Shown here in pieces: positions 14,725 to 24,019 of a stretch of 24,069 nt of DNA (within the stretch, counting starts at the first letter, position 1; every line of letters begins with the position of its first letter). Below the pieces are notes generated by a model. That model was not told the origin of the DNA. It worked only from the letters and a program-made list of their open reading frames with translations, and searched no databases. This DNA comes from a virus (lineage: Duplodnaviria > Caudoviricetes): positions 1-24,069 of the IMG/VR virus record IMGVR_UViG_3300044580_000443; one strand, given 5' to 3'. The position numbers and the translations under genes are program-made.

Positions 14725-14830
14725 AAAAAGCGCCCATGACCACATGTTAGAATGAATGTAACAGCGAGCCGCTTTTGGCGGCGTGCAGCGGATTTGCAGA
14801 CCGCGCCCGGTGGGCGCGGCTTTTTAATTT
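14725..14830 (+). promoter_or_regulatory. Putative late promoter plus attenuator-like leader of the tape measure gene
   Basis: AAAAAGCGC-N11-TGtTAGAAT, a hairpin at 14768-14782, and a terminator-like stem at 14801-14819 followed by TTTTT. Confidence 0.55.
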
Positions 14831-14842
14831 AAAGGATCAAAC

Positions 14843-17800
14843 ATGGCCGATCTTCCACTAACCGGCGTGCAACTGGTCGCCCAGGGCCACAGAGAATATA
14901 TCGAGGCGATCAAGAAATCTGGCGAGGCCAACTCGACCTTCAATCAGGTATTGCAAAACGCCGGCGCTGGCTTTAAGTTCTTCAACACCCTGGCGACCGC
15001 CGCGGCGGTATCCGTTGGGGTGGGGCTGGTGGGCGCGATCGGCGTGGGAGTCAGCAAGTTGGCGCAGCTCTCCAGCGGGGCGATCAACGCCGCCTCTACG
15101 CTCCAGGATGTGCGCCTCAATATCGAGTCCCTGACCGCCGCGGAACTGCTTTCCAGCGGGGCCACGGATAACATGAACGACGCCATTGCCGCCGCCGGCC
15201 CGGTTGCGGATGACGTGATGGAGCGGTTGAAGAAACTGTCCCTGGCCTCTCCATTCGAGTACCAGCAGATCCTGCAGGTCTACCAGCTCAACAAAGCCTT
15301 TGGCCAGTCCACGGATATGTCGCTGGAATTGACCAAGGCGATCACCAACCTGGCCGCGGCGAATAAGTCCGTGCCGGGGATCACCGAGCGCCTGGCCTAT
15401 AACTTCTCGCAAATGGCCATGACCGGGCAAATCACTGCCCGAGACATGCGCGATCTGGCAATGGCAGGGGTCAACCTGGAAAAGGTCTTCTCCGACCAGT
15501 TGGGCATGTCGGTGGATGAAGTCAATGACAAACTCAAGAGCGGGCAGATGACCTTCGAGGAGGTCAGCCAATCCTTCGCATCCTACGTAGACAAATATTT
15601 TGGCAACGCGGCGGAGCGGGCCTCGAAGACGTTCTCGGGCCTCAAGAGTTCGTTCAACGACCTGGCTTTCTTCTCCTCTATCGATATCTTTGGCGAGTCG
15701 CTCAACGCGGTGACCGCTTCGATGGGGGGCTTGTTCGATAAAGCCCAGCAGTTCATCCAGGCCGGCGGGTTGAAGCCCATCGGCGCGACGTTGGGCGTAC
15801 TGACCGAGGGATTGATGGGCCTGGCGGAAACGGGCTTCAACGCCGGGCAGGCTTTCTTCGACCAGTTTGGCGGACAGATTATGGCCACGGCCTCCTCCGC
15901 GCTGGAATGGGGCATGAACGTCACCATGCAGCTCGCCGCCGGGTTGATCGAGGGCGCGGCGACCGGGCTGACAATGGCGATGAACTACGTCTCGGATATG
16001 CTCTCCTTCTTCCTGGCCCCAGGTTCCCCCCCGCGCGTAGCGCCCGACATCGACTCATGGGGCACCCAGGCGATGGAGGAGTATCTGAAGGGTTTCACCG
16101 AGGCAGACTTCTCCGCGCTGAATGCAATTGAATCGGGAATCAATTCCGCCCTGGGCGCGCTTTCCGGAGCGGGCGTGATCTCGAAGGATGATACGTCCAA
16201 GATGCTCCAAGACCTGTCCAAACAGGTCACCGGAGTCATTGCCGGGCAGACCGAACTTTCGCCGGTGCTCGACTCGATTCGCTCCTCCCTGGGGGATTAC
16301 GGTGCGTCCGTCTCGGACCTGGTGGTCAAACAGCTTGCCCTGGCCGCGGCGACCAACAAGGTCAAGAAAGCGGAAGAGGATCTAAAGAAATTCCGCGCCG
16401 AAGAGGAGGCGGCCAACAGCGACCTGGTGCGCATCATCGACGATTACAACGAGTCGGCCAAGGAGGGCGCGTCGCCGGCGGTGCTGGCCGCCAAACGTGA
16501 GGAGTTCCTGCTGGCCAAACAGCGGCGCAACGAAGCCGCCAAGGGCCGCGCGCAGGCGGAGAAGGACCTGGAAACCGGCAAGGCTGAAATGGACGGGCTG
16601 AAAGAGCGCGCTTCCCTGCAATCCTCCCTGGTCACCGAACTGGTAGAGCTGACCAAGGTGCAAAAGGATCTGGCAGCGGCGATGAAGGGCGCTGGGGCGG
16701 CCAAGATGGGCGGGGCCAAAGCGGGGGCGGTCAAAATGCCCGACCTGTCCAAGGTGACCGGCGACATGCAGGCCAAAATGGAAGAGCTCAAGGAAACCCT
16801 GCGCACAAAGCTCAAGGATACTTTCAAGCCGCTTTCGGATAGTTTCAAAAAAGCGCGGGATATCATCGTGCCTGCATGGGAGCGCTTTTCCACCACCATC
16901 TCGGACTTTTACAACAAATACATCAAACCGGTGATCGACAAACTCAAAGAAATCATCCCGCCCGACCTGGTCAAGAACATCGGGGAAGTCGTTGGGATAG
17001 CCCTGGGGCTGGGCGCGGCGTTCGGTGTCGTGGCTGGGGTAGTGGGGATCGTCACGGCGGCAATCAGCGCGATTAGCTGGCCCATTCTGGCGATCATCGC
17101 CGGGCTGGCGCTCCTGAAAACGGCATGGGACAACGATTGGCTGGGTATTCAGACCACGCTGACCAACGTGTGGGAGTCGTACCTGAAACCGGCTTTTGAA
17201 AACATCAAGGTGTGGTTGGGGGAGAACATCCCCAAGGCGCTGGAGGCCATTTCCACGTTCTGGAATACCACGCTCAAACCGGCGCTGGTAGACATTGGAG
17301 AATGGTTCTCTAAATTCCTTCCCGCGGCAACATCCACGTTGGCGGATTATTGGATGCTGGTCCTCATCCCGGCCCTACAGTCGATTTGGACATGGTTCTC
17401 GGTCAATATCATCCCGGTTTTCCAGCAGGTGGGCACGGCAGTCAGCACGCACGTGATGGGAAATTTCCAGGTGCTCGCGGATCTGTTCAATAATGTGCTG
17501 ATACCCGCGCTCCAGGCGGTATGGACGTGGGTATCGACCTGGATTTTACCTATCTTCGTCAAACTCAACGAGATTTTCCAGGCCGTGCTGCTGGTCAATT
17601 TGCAAGTGTTTACGCTCTTCCTGCAAGAAGTGCTTATCCCGGCCTTCCAGGCAGTGTGGAACTTCATGGTCAACGTCTTCCACCCCGCTTTTATGGCTTT
17701 CAACCAGTTCCTGGTGGATCTCTTCATCGCTAATTTCCGGACACTCACGGATCTGTGGAACAACGCCGTTCTACCCGCCGCGTCGGCGATCGGCTCTTAC

Positions 17801-18295
17801 GTAGGCGACACGTTGGGGCCCGTGTTCACCAATCTGTGGGCCACGCTGGCGGAGAAGTTGCGCCCCATCTTCGAATGGTTCCACACTTTCTTCGTGCAAA
17901 AGTTGTACGGCGCGCTGGAAAAGCTCTTCCTATGGTTGGACAAGGTGCGCCAGCAGGTGCTCGATCTGGCAGCGGCCCTCTCGAAGCTGGTCATCCCTGG
18001 ACAGCTCCAGTCGCACAGCCCATCGCCTTTCGAGATGACCCTGCGCAACGTGTACGATGCCATGCACAAGTTGAATTACTCCTCCCTGCCGGCGTTCAAA
18101 ACCAATTTAGACCGCATCGGCGAGGCGGGCGAGCGCGCCTTCTCGATGGACGCCGCGGCGGCCAAGTACGAGCTGATGGTCCAAAAAGAGCCGGCGGTAT
18201 CTCGCAGCGAGAGTTACAACCTGACCCTGGAGACGGCCATGCAGCCCGAAACCGTGCGACAGGGATTCGAATACTTCCGCATCCTGGGAGCCTGA
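14843..18295 (+). CDS. Tail tape measure protein, 1150 aa
   Basis: N-terminal tape-measure domain (LSLASPFEY...GQITARDMRDLAMAGV...AAERASKTFSGLKS), Ala-rich coiled coil, periodic W/F/P repeats and C-terminal SHSPS. Confidence 0.92.
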   Translation: MADLPLTGVQLVAQGHREYIEAIKKSGEANSTFNQVLQNAGAGFKFFNTLATAAAVSVGVGLVGAIGVGVSKLAQLSSGAINAASTLQDVRLNIESLTAAELLSSGATDNMNDAIAAAGPVADDVMERLKKLSLASPFEYQQILQVYQLNKAFGQSTDMSLELTKAITNLAAANKSVPGITERLAYNFSQMAMTGQITARDMRDLAMAGVNLEKVFSDQLGMSVDEVNDKLKSGQMTFEEVSQSFASYVDKYFGNAAERASKTFSGLKSSFNDLAFFSSIDIFGESLNAVTASMGGLFDKAQQFIQAGGLKPIGATLGVLTEGLMGLAETGFNAGQAFFDQFGGQIMATASSALEWGMNVTMQLAAGLIEGAATGLTMAMNYVSDMLSFFLAPGSPPRVAPDIDSWGTQAMEEYLKGFTEADFSALNAIESGINSALGALSGAGVISKDDTSKMLQDLSKQVTGVIAGQTELSPVLDSIRSSLGDYGASVSDLVVKQLALAAATNKVKKAEEDLKKFRAEEEAANSDLVRIIDDYNESAKEGASPAVLAAKREEFLLAKQRRNEAAKGRAQAEKDLETGKAEMDGLKERASLQSSLVTELVELTKVQKDLAAAMKGAGAAKMGGAKAGAVKMPDLSKVTGDMQAKMEELKETLRTKLKDTFKPLSDSFKKARDIIVPAWERFSTTISDFYNKYIKPVIDKLKEIIPPDLVKNIGEVVGIALGLGAAFGVVAGVVGIVTAAISAISWPILAIIAGLALLKTAWDNDWLGIQTTLTNVWESYLKPAFENIKVWLGENIPKALEAISTFWNTTLKPALVDIGEWFSKFLPAATSTLADYWMLVLIPALQSIWTWFSVNIIPVFQQVGTAVSTHVMGNFQVLADLFNNVLIPALQAVWTWVSTWILPIFVKLNEIFQAVLLVNLQVFTLFLQEVLIPAFQAVWNFMVNVFHPAFMAFNQFLVDLFIANFRTLTDLWNNAVLPAASAIGSYVGDTLGPVFTNLWATLAEKLRPIFEWFHTFFVQKLYGALEKLFLWLDKVRQQVLDLAAALSKLVIPGQLQSHSPSPFEMTLRNVYDAMHKLNYSSLPAFKTNLDRIGEAGERAFSMDAAAAKYELMVQKEPAVSRSESYNLTLETAMQPETVRQGFEYFRILGA

Positions 18296-18296
18296 A

Positions 18297-20771
18297 ATGC
18301 AAAAAATCGAACGTTACGCAAAAGCGCCTGAAATTTCCGGCGGTTATTTCCTGGAAGGGGACGGGGATAAAGGCTGGTTCTCGGTCCTGGTTCCGCTGGC
18401 TATTACCAGCATCAACACCAACCCATCCTTTGAAACCGACCTGACCGGGGCAACGGCAGCGAACAGCGCCCTGGTACGTACTAGCAATTATCAGCGCCGC
18501 GGCGTATACTCAATGCAAGTCACCCCGTCATCTACGGCGGCGGCCGGCGCGTATTGGACCATCACCACCACGACGGATGGACAGTACTCGTGCGGGCTGG
18601 ATCTGTACGACCCGGCGGGGCGATGGTTTGATCTTTACTTCGCGGATTCGTCGGGCAATCGCATCTCGCGCGTGGCAAGCGTGCGGGGGGCGAACTACTG
18701 GAAGCGTTTGTGGGTCAATTTCGCGGAATACAGTGGGGGAACCCGGCGAGTCGTGCTGGCGCGGCGCAGCGGCGGCAACACGCAGCCGTTCTACGTGGAT
18801 GGAGTCAATATCCTGCCAACGCAGTACAAAACCGCCTATTTCGACGGCGATAAAAAGGGCTTCCTGGCGGGCAAGACTCCCTTCTACTGGAATGGCACGG
18901 CGCACGCGTCCACGTATACACAGGTATTGGACACGGGCAATGGAGGCAGGGAAGTGAAACTACTCGATCTGGGTTTCCGCGTTCTGGCAGTTATCGGGCT
19001 GGGCATGATGCAATTCAAGGGCATTTCCACGCCTATCTCGGATGGGGGCGCGCAGTATCAGCGCAGCGTTCCCACGGAGCGGGCCTTTGCCCTGGTGGGG
19101 GCCATCGCCGATACGGGCCTGAATGGACTCCAGCGCGTGCGCGCGGCGTTGGAAGAGGTGCTCAACCCCATGCGCACCGACACCATGCAGCCGATGGTTT
19201 TGCGCTATCACCGCACCGACCCGGTCAGCGGGGAAGAAACCGAGTGTCTGGATATCCCGTGCGTATTCGAGACGGCGGGCCTGGCCGGCGCGCTCTCCAA
19301 CAAGAACGCGGAGAACATCGAACTGCCATTCAAGCAGTACCTGCCCCAGATTTACGTGGACGGGCAGCAGGGGACCGTGCTGGGGTTTCAGTCAGCCGTG
19401 TCGGATTTTGCTTATATCGGCTACCGCGATACAGATGGCGTCTGGGGCCCGATGGGCACAGGCGCGGATGATACGGTGAACGCAATTGTCGCAGGCTTGG
19501 ATGGATCGGTTTTTGTGGGTGGGGATTTTACATCGGTCGGCGGAGTCGCCGATACCGCCTATATTGCCCGGTGGGATGGCAGCGCCTGGCACGCCCTGGG
19601 GACCGGTATGAATAACAGAGTCCGCGCACTGGCGATCGGGCCGGACGGGGCGCTGTATGCTGCTGGCGATTTTGATGTAGCTGGCGGAGTCGCGGTAGGC
19701 CGGATTGCGAAATGGGACGGCAGCGCCTGGTCGGACGTGGGGGCGGGAGTCAATGGGGCTGTTTATGCAATCGCATTCGACTCCACCGGCGCGCTGTATG
19801 TGGGCGGATATTTCACAACGGCTGGCGGGGGTGCGGCGGCCCGGATTGCGAAATGGGACGGCAGCGCCTGGTCGGCATTCGGAGCAGGCGCGAATAACGG
19901 CGTGCTGGCGATCGTTATCGGACCAGATGACAGCCTGTACATCGGTGGCGAATTCACCACGGCAGACGGTGTAACCGCCAACTATATCGCGAAATGGAAT
20001 GGCACAACTTTCGAACCGCTTTTGAGCGGTATGGATACCAGAGTCCGAGTCCTGAAATTTAGCCCCGATGGGCAGCTATACGCGGGCGGGCAATTTACCA
20101 CAGCCGGCGGGATCACGGTCAACCGGGTTGCTGTGTGGAATGGTATCGCCTGGTCCGGGCTGGGGGGTGGAGTCGATGGAACCGGCCCGATGGATGTGCG
20201 CACAATTGCATTTCACCCATCCGGCGCGATGTATGTAGGCGGGCGGTTTGACCTGGCTGGCGGAGTCGCTATGCCGGATGGAATGGCGGTGTGGAATTTG
20301 GGCACATGGTCGCCGGTGGATATCAACCTGGGCGCGGCGAACGTGCTGGCGCTGGCGTTCGATAGGGCCAGCAGGTTGTATGTGGGCGGTGAATTTCCAT
20401 CGAGCGGTTACGGCGCGACCGTGACCGCCCCAGAGGTGATTGGGGCGCTGGCTTATCCAGTTATTCAATTTACCGGCCCAGGTAATGTCTGGCAGGTGGT
20501 GAATTACTCCAATGGAAAATCGGTTTACTTTCAAAACCTGGTTTTGTCCGCCGGCGAAATTGCGACCTTAAACACCACTCCTATGAATTTCTCGTTCACT
20601 AGCTCGTTTCGCGGTGATCTGCAGCGGTTCATCCTGGCTGGATCGACCGATTTCTATATGTCACACGGGGGGAATAATATCAGCGCGTTCATGACCGACA
20701 CAGACGCCAACAGCGCGATTATTGCATGGTGGACGCCCGAATACCTCTCCATTGACATTGCGGCAAGGTGA
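18297..20771 (+). CDS. Distal tail (Dit-like) protein with an N-terminal carbohydrate-binding-like domain and an inserted beta-propeller
   Basis: It follows the tape measure gene. NPSFET...FYVDGV is a CBM-like segment. Dit-like segments GLGM..STPISDGGAQYQ and AYPVIQFTGP flank about six 47-aa repeats LYVGGxFTTAGG...IAKWDGSAWS. Confidence 0.75.
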   Translation: MQKIERYAKAPEISGGYFLEGDGDKGWFSVLVPLAITSINTNPSFETDLTGATAANSALVRTSNYQRRGVYSMQVTPSSTAAAGAYWTITTTTDGQYSCGLDLYDPAGRWFDLYFADSSGNRISRVASVRGANYWKRLWVNFAEYSGGTRRVVLARRSGGNTQPFYVDGVNILPTQYKTAYFDGDKKGFLAGKTPFYWNGTAHASTYTQVLDTGNGGREVKLLDLGFRVLAVIGLGMMQFKGISTPISDGGAQYQRSVPTERAFALVGAIADTGLNGLQRVRAALEEVLNPMRTDTMQPMVLRYHRTDPVSGEETECLDIPCVFETAGLAGALSNKNAENIELPFKQYLPQIYVDGQQGTVLGFQSAVSDFAYIGYRDTDGVWGPMGTGADDTVNAIVAGLDGSVFVGGDFTSVGGVADTAYIARWDGSAWHALGTGMNNRVRALAIGPDGALYAAGDFDVAGGVAVGRIAKWDGSAWSDVGAGVNGAVYAIAFDSTGALYVGGYFTTAGGGAAARIAKWDGSAWSAFGAGANNGVLAIVIGPDDSLYIGGEFTTADGVTANYIAKWNGTTFEPLLSGMDTRVRVLKFSPDGQLYAGGQFTTAGGITVNRVAVWNGIAWSGLGGGVDGTGPMDVRTIAFHPSGAMYVGGRFDLAGGVAMPDGMAVWNLGTWSPVDINLGAANVLALAFDRASRLYVGGEFPSSGYGATVTAPEVIGALAYPVIQFTGPGNVWQVVNYSNGKSVYFQNLVLSAGEIATLNTTPMNFSFTSSFRGDLQRFILAGSTDFYMSHGGNNISAFMTDTDANSAIIAWWTPEYLSIDIAAR
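19700..19875 (+). repeat. 35-bp exact direct repeat inside the propeller blades
   Basis: ccggattgcgaaatgggacggcagcgcctggtcgg at 19700-19734 and 19841-19875 (141-nt period). Confidence 0.85.
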
Positions 20772-20806
20772 TGCTTTGCCGCGCAATAATTAACGACTCT
20801 GCAAGG

Positions 20807-20890
20807 TGGTAAGATTTAGTTAGGCCGGTGCGCGCAATCGCGCGCACCCGCGCGAGTTTGGCCCCGCGATCCGCGGGGTCATTTTTATTT
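20807..20890 (+). promoter_or_regulatory. Extended -10 plus two-hairpin leader/terminator
   Basis: TGgTAAGAT (20807-20815), a stem at 20827-20848, and a stem at 20859-20881 followed by TTTTTATTT. Confidence 0.5.
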
Positions 20891-20901
20891 AAGGCGGAGC
20901 C

Positions 20902-22020
20902 GTGGCAGGGATTCATAAAATCACCTACAAAAATCCGATGGGCGTCAAGTTGATGGAGAGGCTTCCGATCAGCTCTTTCAACCTACAAAGGCGCACCAAC
21001 GAAATCGGCAGCCTGTCTATGGTGGTCGCCAATCCCGCCGCTTTCCCGGTGGGGTATTTCGCCGAAGACGGGCAGATCGAGGTGTGGCGCTCGGTCAACG
21101 GCCTGCCGTATTACCTGGAGGGCGAAACATCCTGGTTTATCAACCGCGTGCGCCACGCGACCGACGATACCGGGCAGGAAGTGCTCGAACTCCAGGCCGC
21201 CGATGCAACCTGCCTTCTGGGCCGGCGCGTGGTGGCGTATGACAACGGCTCCACCTACACGTCCAAGCTGGGCTTTGCCGACGATGAAATTGTGGATATC
21301 CTCACCGAGAACTACGGCGTGTCGGCCATCGACGCGACCCGCGATCTATCTACCTACCTGGCCATCCAGGCCGCCCTCTCCGCCGGGGCGATCGTGGGGG
21401 ATGACATCGGCTGGAAGCGCGTTATCGACGTGCTCAAGAATTTCGCCGACGCCTCGGACGAAAACGGCGCGCGCATCATCTACGATATCGTCTCGGATGG
21501 AAGAGGCGGCTTTACCTTCCGCACATGGTCGCAGTACCGCGGCATGGATCATTCCTCCGACTCGAGCGACCCGGTAGTCGTATCGCAGAACCGGCGCAAC
21601 CTCAAATCGCCCGAGATCATCTTTGACTACACCGACGCCTACAACTACGTATACATGGGCGGCAAGGGCGAGAGTTCCTGGCACCCGGTCGAAGAGGCCT
21701 CGGACGCGGCTCGCATCGGCAAATCGCCTTTCGCGCGCCGTGAGTTGTACGTCAATGCCTCCAACGTCTCGGACCCAGATAAACTCACCGCGCTGGCATC
21801 GGCCTATTTACGCAAGGGCCGCCCGCGCATCCTGTTCAATGGAGCCATCCTGGACACGCCTGGCGCGGCTTACGGCGTGCGTTTTCACTATGGCGACCTG
21901 GTCACCGCTGAATACAAGGGCTTTGCGATCGACTGCGTGATCGACTCCCTGCGCATCTCGTATGACCGCGATAACGGCGAGCAACTGGAAATCCGCCTGA
22001 AGGGAGAGAGTTATGTCTGA
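20902..22020 (+). CDS. Minor tail protein / baseplate hub (Gp37-like, Tal-type)
   Basis: It follows Dit. Motifs NEIGSLSM, LLGRRVV, NYVYMGGKGE, RRELYV, YGVRFHYGDLVT. Confidence 0.75.
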   Translation: MAGIHKITYKNPMGVKLMERLPISSFNLQRRTNEIGSLSMVVANPAAFPVGYFAEDGQIEVWRSVNGLPYYLEGETSWFINRVRHATDDTGQEVLELQAADATCLLGRRVVAYDNGSTYTSKLGFADDEIVDILTENYGVSAIDATRDLSTYLAIQAALSAGAIVGDDIGWKRVIDVLKNFADASDENGARIIYDIVSDGRGGFTFRTWSQYRGMDHSSDSSDPVVVSQNRRNLKSPEIIFDYTDAYNYVYMGGKGESSWHPVEEASDAARIGKSPFARRELYVNASNVSDPDKLTALASAYLRKGRPRILFNGAILDTPGAAYGVRFHYGDLVTAEYKGFAIDCVIDSLRISYDRDNGEQLEIRLKGESYV

Positions 22021-22789
22021 GCGTTTCGAATTCACCGCCGCGCGCAAGATCACCGGATTGGAATCGTCTTTCCGAGACATGAATACCCGCGAGTCCGGCT
22101 ACACGATGGGCGACCTGATTGGTTCCATTCTGGGCTTCCCCGAGTTGCGCGGGTTCTGGCCGATGAGTTCGGTCAACGAGTCTGGCAACGTCATGGATAT
22201 TTCCGGGCAGGCCCGCACGCTGACCAACAACAACGCCGCCCCGCGCGCGGTGCATAACAACCTGATTCCCTACGTGTCCTTCAATGGCACAACGCAGTAC
22301 CTTTCCCGCGCGGATGAAGCCGGGCTGGACATCACCGGCGCGTTGACCATCGGGGGGTGGGTGTATTACAACGCGGTGGCTGCCGGGGCGATGATCACGA
22401 AATATAACACTACTAGCAGTCAGCGGGGATATTCGCTGGGGACGCTCGCAAGTGGGGTTCCTCAACTGACTATATCCAGCGACGGCGCAGCGGTCACGGT
22501 AGTAAACAGCGGATCAGTTTCCATTACGGCGGCAACCTGGTGCTTCTTTACCGGACGATTCACCCCGTCTAGCGAATTGGCATTGTTCTTTGGCAAGGAG
22601 AAATATACCAATACCACGAGTATCCCGGCAGCGATTTTTAACAGTAGCGCAGCGCTACTGTTGGGAGGGATCAATGGTAGGGCTTCGCTTGCCGGGCGCG
22701 CGGCGCTGTGTTTTCTGTGCGCGGCGGCCCTGCCGGACGCGCAAATCAATTATTTCTTCCACATGAGCCGGACGCTGTTCGGCGTGTAG
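22013..22789 (+). CDS. LamG/concanavalin-A-like tail tip (receptor-binding) protein
   Basis: LRGFWPM..ESGNVMDISGQARTLT, SFNGTTQYL, LDITGALTIGGWV, TWCFFTG, ALPDAQI. Confidence 0.8.
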   Translation: MSERFEFTAARKITGLESSFRDMNTRESGYTMGDLIGSILGFPELRGFWPMSSVNESGNVMDISGQARTLTNNNAAPRAVHNNLIPYVSFNGTTQYLSRADEAGLDITGALTIGGWVYYNAVAAGAMITKYNTTSSQRGYSLGTLASGVPQLTISSDGAAVTVVNSGSVSITAATWCFFTGRFTPSSELALFFGKEKYTNTTSIPAAIFNSSAALLLGGINGRASLAGRAALCFLCAAALPDAQINYFFHMSRTLFGV

Positions 22790-22802
22790 ATAGGAGGGGA
22801 CT

Positions 22803-23312
22803 GTGGCAATATCCACGCCGAAAGCATCTACCGATTTGAGAGACCTGATTGCCGGCCTGCAGGTCGAATTTGGCCGTCTTGACGAGCGTATGCGATCACA
22901 ATCTGAAACGCTGGGGGAGTCTATGACTTTGATCAAAGAGTTAAACAAGCGCCTCGAAGAGCTGGCCAACGAAATACGAGCATCGCGGGAAGAGAACAAA
23001 GACTCGACCCGCTTGCTGGAGGAGAAGGTGAACCGTGAAAGCGCGCGCATCGATGGGGTGGAGGCCCGAGTCAAGCGCATCGAAGAAGCGCAGGCGGAAC
23101 ACGCGCGCTTGCACGCGAGCGAGCAAGAAGCGTACAGAGAGGCCACAGAAAAGCAGAAAGCAATCGCGCAGGAACGCGCGCACGAGCGCAAGAAGTTCCT
23201 GTGGGAAAAAGAAATCTCCCTCAAGCACGCCCTGATTCTGGCCGTGGGCACGGTGTTCGTTACCGGGCTGCTGGATCTGCTGATGGCCTGGCTTCGATCG
23301 CTCATCCATTAG
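22803..23312 (+). CDS. Coiled-coil protein with a C-terminal transmembrane helix (lysis-region membrane protein)
   Basis: AGGAGG RBS before GTG. Charged heptad region followed by ALILAVGTVFVTGLLDLLMAWL. Confidence 0.75.
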   Translation: MAISTPKASTDLRDLIAGLQVEFGRLDERMRSQSETLGESMTLIKELNKRLEELANEIRASREENKDSTRLLEEKVNRESARIDGVEARVKRIEEAQAEHARLHASEQEAYREATEKQKAIAQERAHERKKFLWEKEISLKHALILAVGTVFVTGLLDLLMAWLRSLIH

Positions 23313-23332
23313 TAAAAGTGAGGAGGTATCTC

Positions 23333-23710
23333 ATGTCTGTCAACAACTCTACCCCGGCTTCCCTATGGACCAATGAAAAGTTCTGGGGGGCCGTCATTGC
23401 GCTGATCGTCGTGATCGTGGCGCAGTTCGTTCCCAACTTCCAACTCGATCAAGAAGCGGTGGTCAAGGCCGCCCTGGTGATTGCCCTTTACGCCGCCGGC
23501 GTGCTGGTCGATCCTGGCGCGCCTGGCTGGAAAGGGATCTTCCAATCGCGCAAGTTCTGGGCGGCGGCGGTGGCCGTGGTGGCCAACTTCCTGACCGCCT
23601 TCCAGATCCAACTCCCTTACGGCCTGACCTACGAGCAAATCACCGACCTGGTAACCGCTATTGCCAGCGCGCTGGTGCTCAACTTCGCCCTGACCAAGCC
23701 GCAAGCATAA
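23333..23710 (+). CDS. Holin-like protein with four TM segments and an internally duplicated (S)RKFW unit
   Basis: AGGAGGT RBS before MSVNN. NEKFWGAVIALIVVIV and SRKFWAAAVAVVANFL. Confidence 0.75.
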   Translation: MSVNNSTPASLWTNEKFWGAVIALIVVIVAQFVPNFQLDQEAVVKAALVIALYAAGVLVDPGAPGWKGIFQSRKFWAAAVAVVANFLTAFQIQLPYGLTYEQITDLVTAIASALVLNFALTKPQA

Positions 23711-23752
23711 TCGAAGGCTCCCTGGCCCGTCCTCCACGGGCCGGACTGCCAG

Positions 23753-23786
23753 AGGCCCCCGTTGCCCACGCGGGGGCCTTTTCTTT
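23753..23786 (+). terminator. Intrinsic terminator after the holin
   Basis: aggcccccg-N9-cgggggcct-TTTCTTT. Confidence 0.8.
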
Positions 23787-23900
23787 CGCGCGCGAAAAAG
23801 ACGTTGAACAATTGATCTAAAATGGGAGTAGCAGAGTCCGATATCCGGGCGCAAACGAGAAATTTACCAACTCAAACGGCTGCGCAGGGGGCAGCCAGCT

Positions 23901-24019
23901 ATGCGCGTAAAAACGGTCCTGGCCCTTCCATCTGATACGCATGGCGGGTCGCCGGTAGCTTTGACGCCGCCGGGGCAATGGCAGTTCACCAATGGCGGGT
24001 ACTGGTATCCAAATTTTAC
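23901..24019 (+). pseudogene. 5' part of a metallophosphoesterase-like gene, apparently interrupted by an IS
   Basis: MRVKTVLALPSDTHGGSPVALTPP carries a strand + DxH motif. An IS left-end signature begins after TTAC (24016-24019). The frame stays open to the window edge. Confidence 0.5.

Noticed and set aside
19380-22789. Diversity-generating retroelement target in the tail genes
   Set aside because: I saw no reverse transcriptase and no TR/VR pair differing at adenines. The repeats are in-frame propeller blades.
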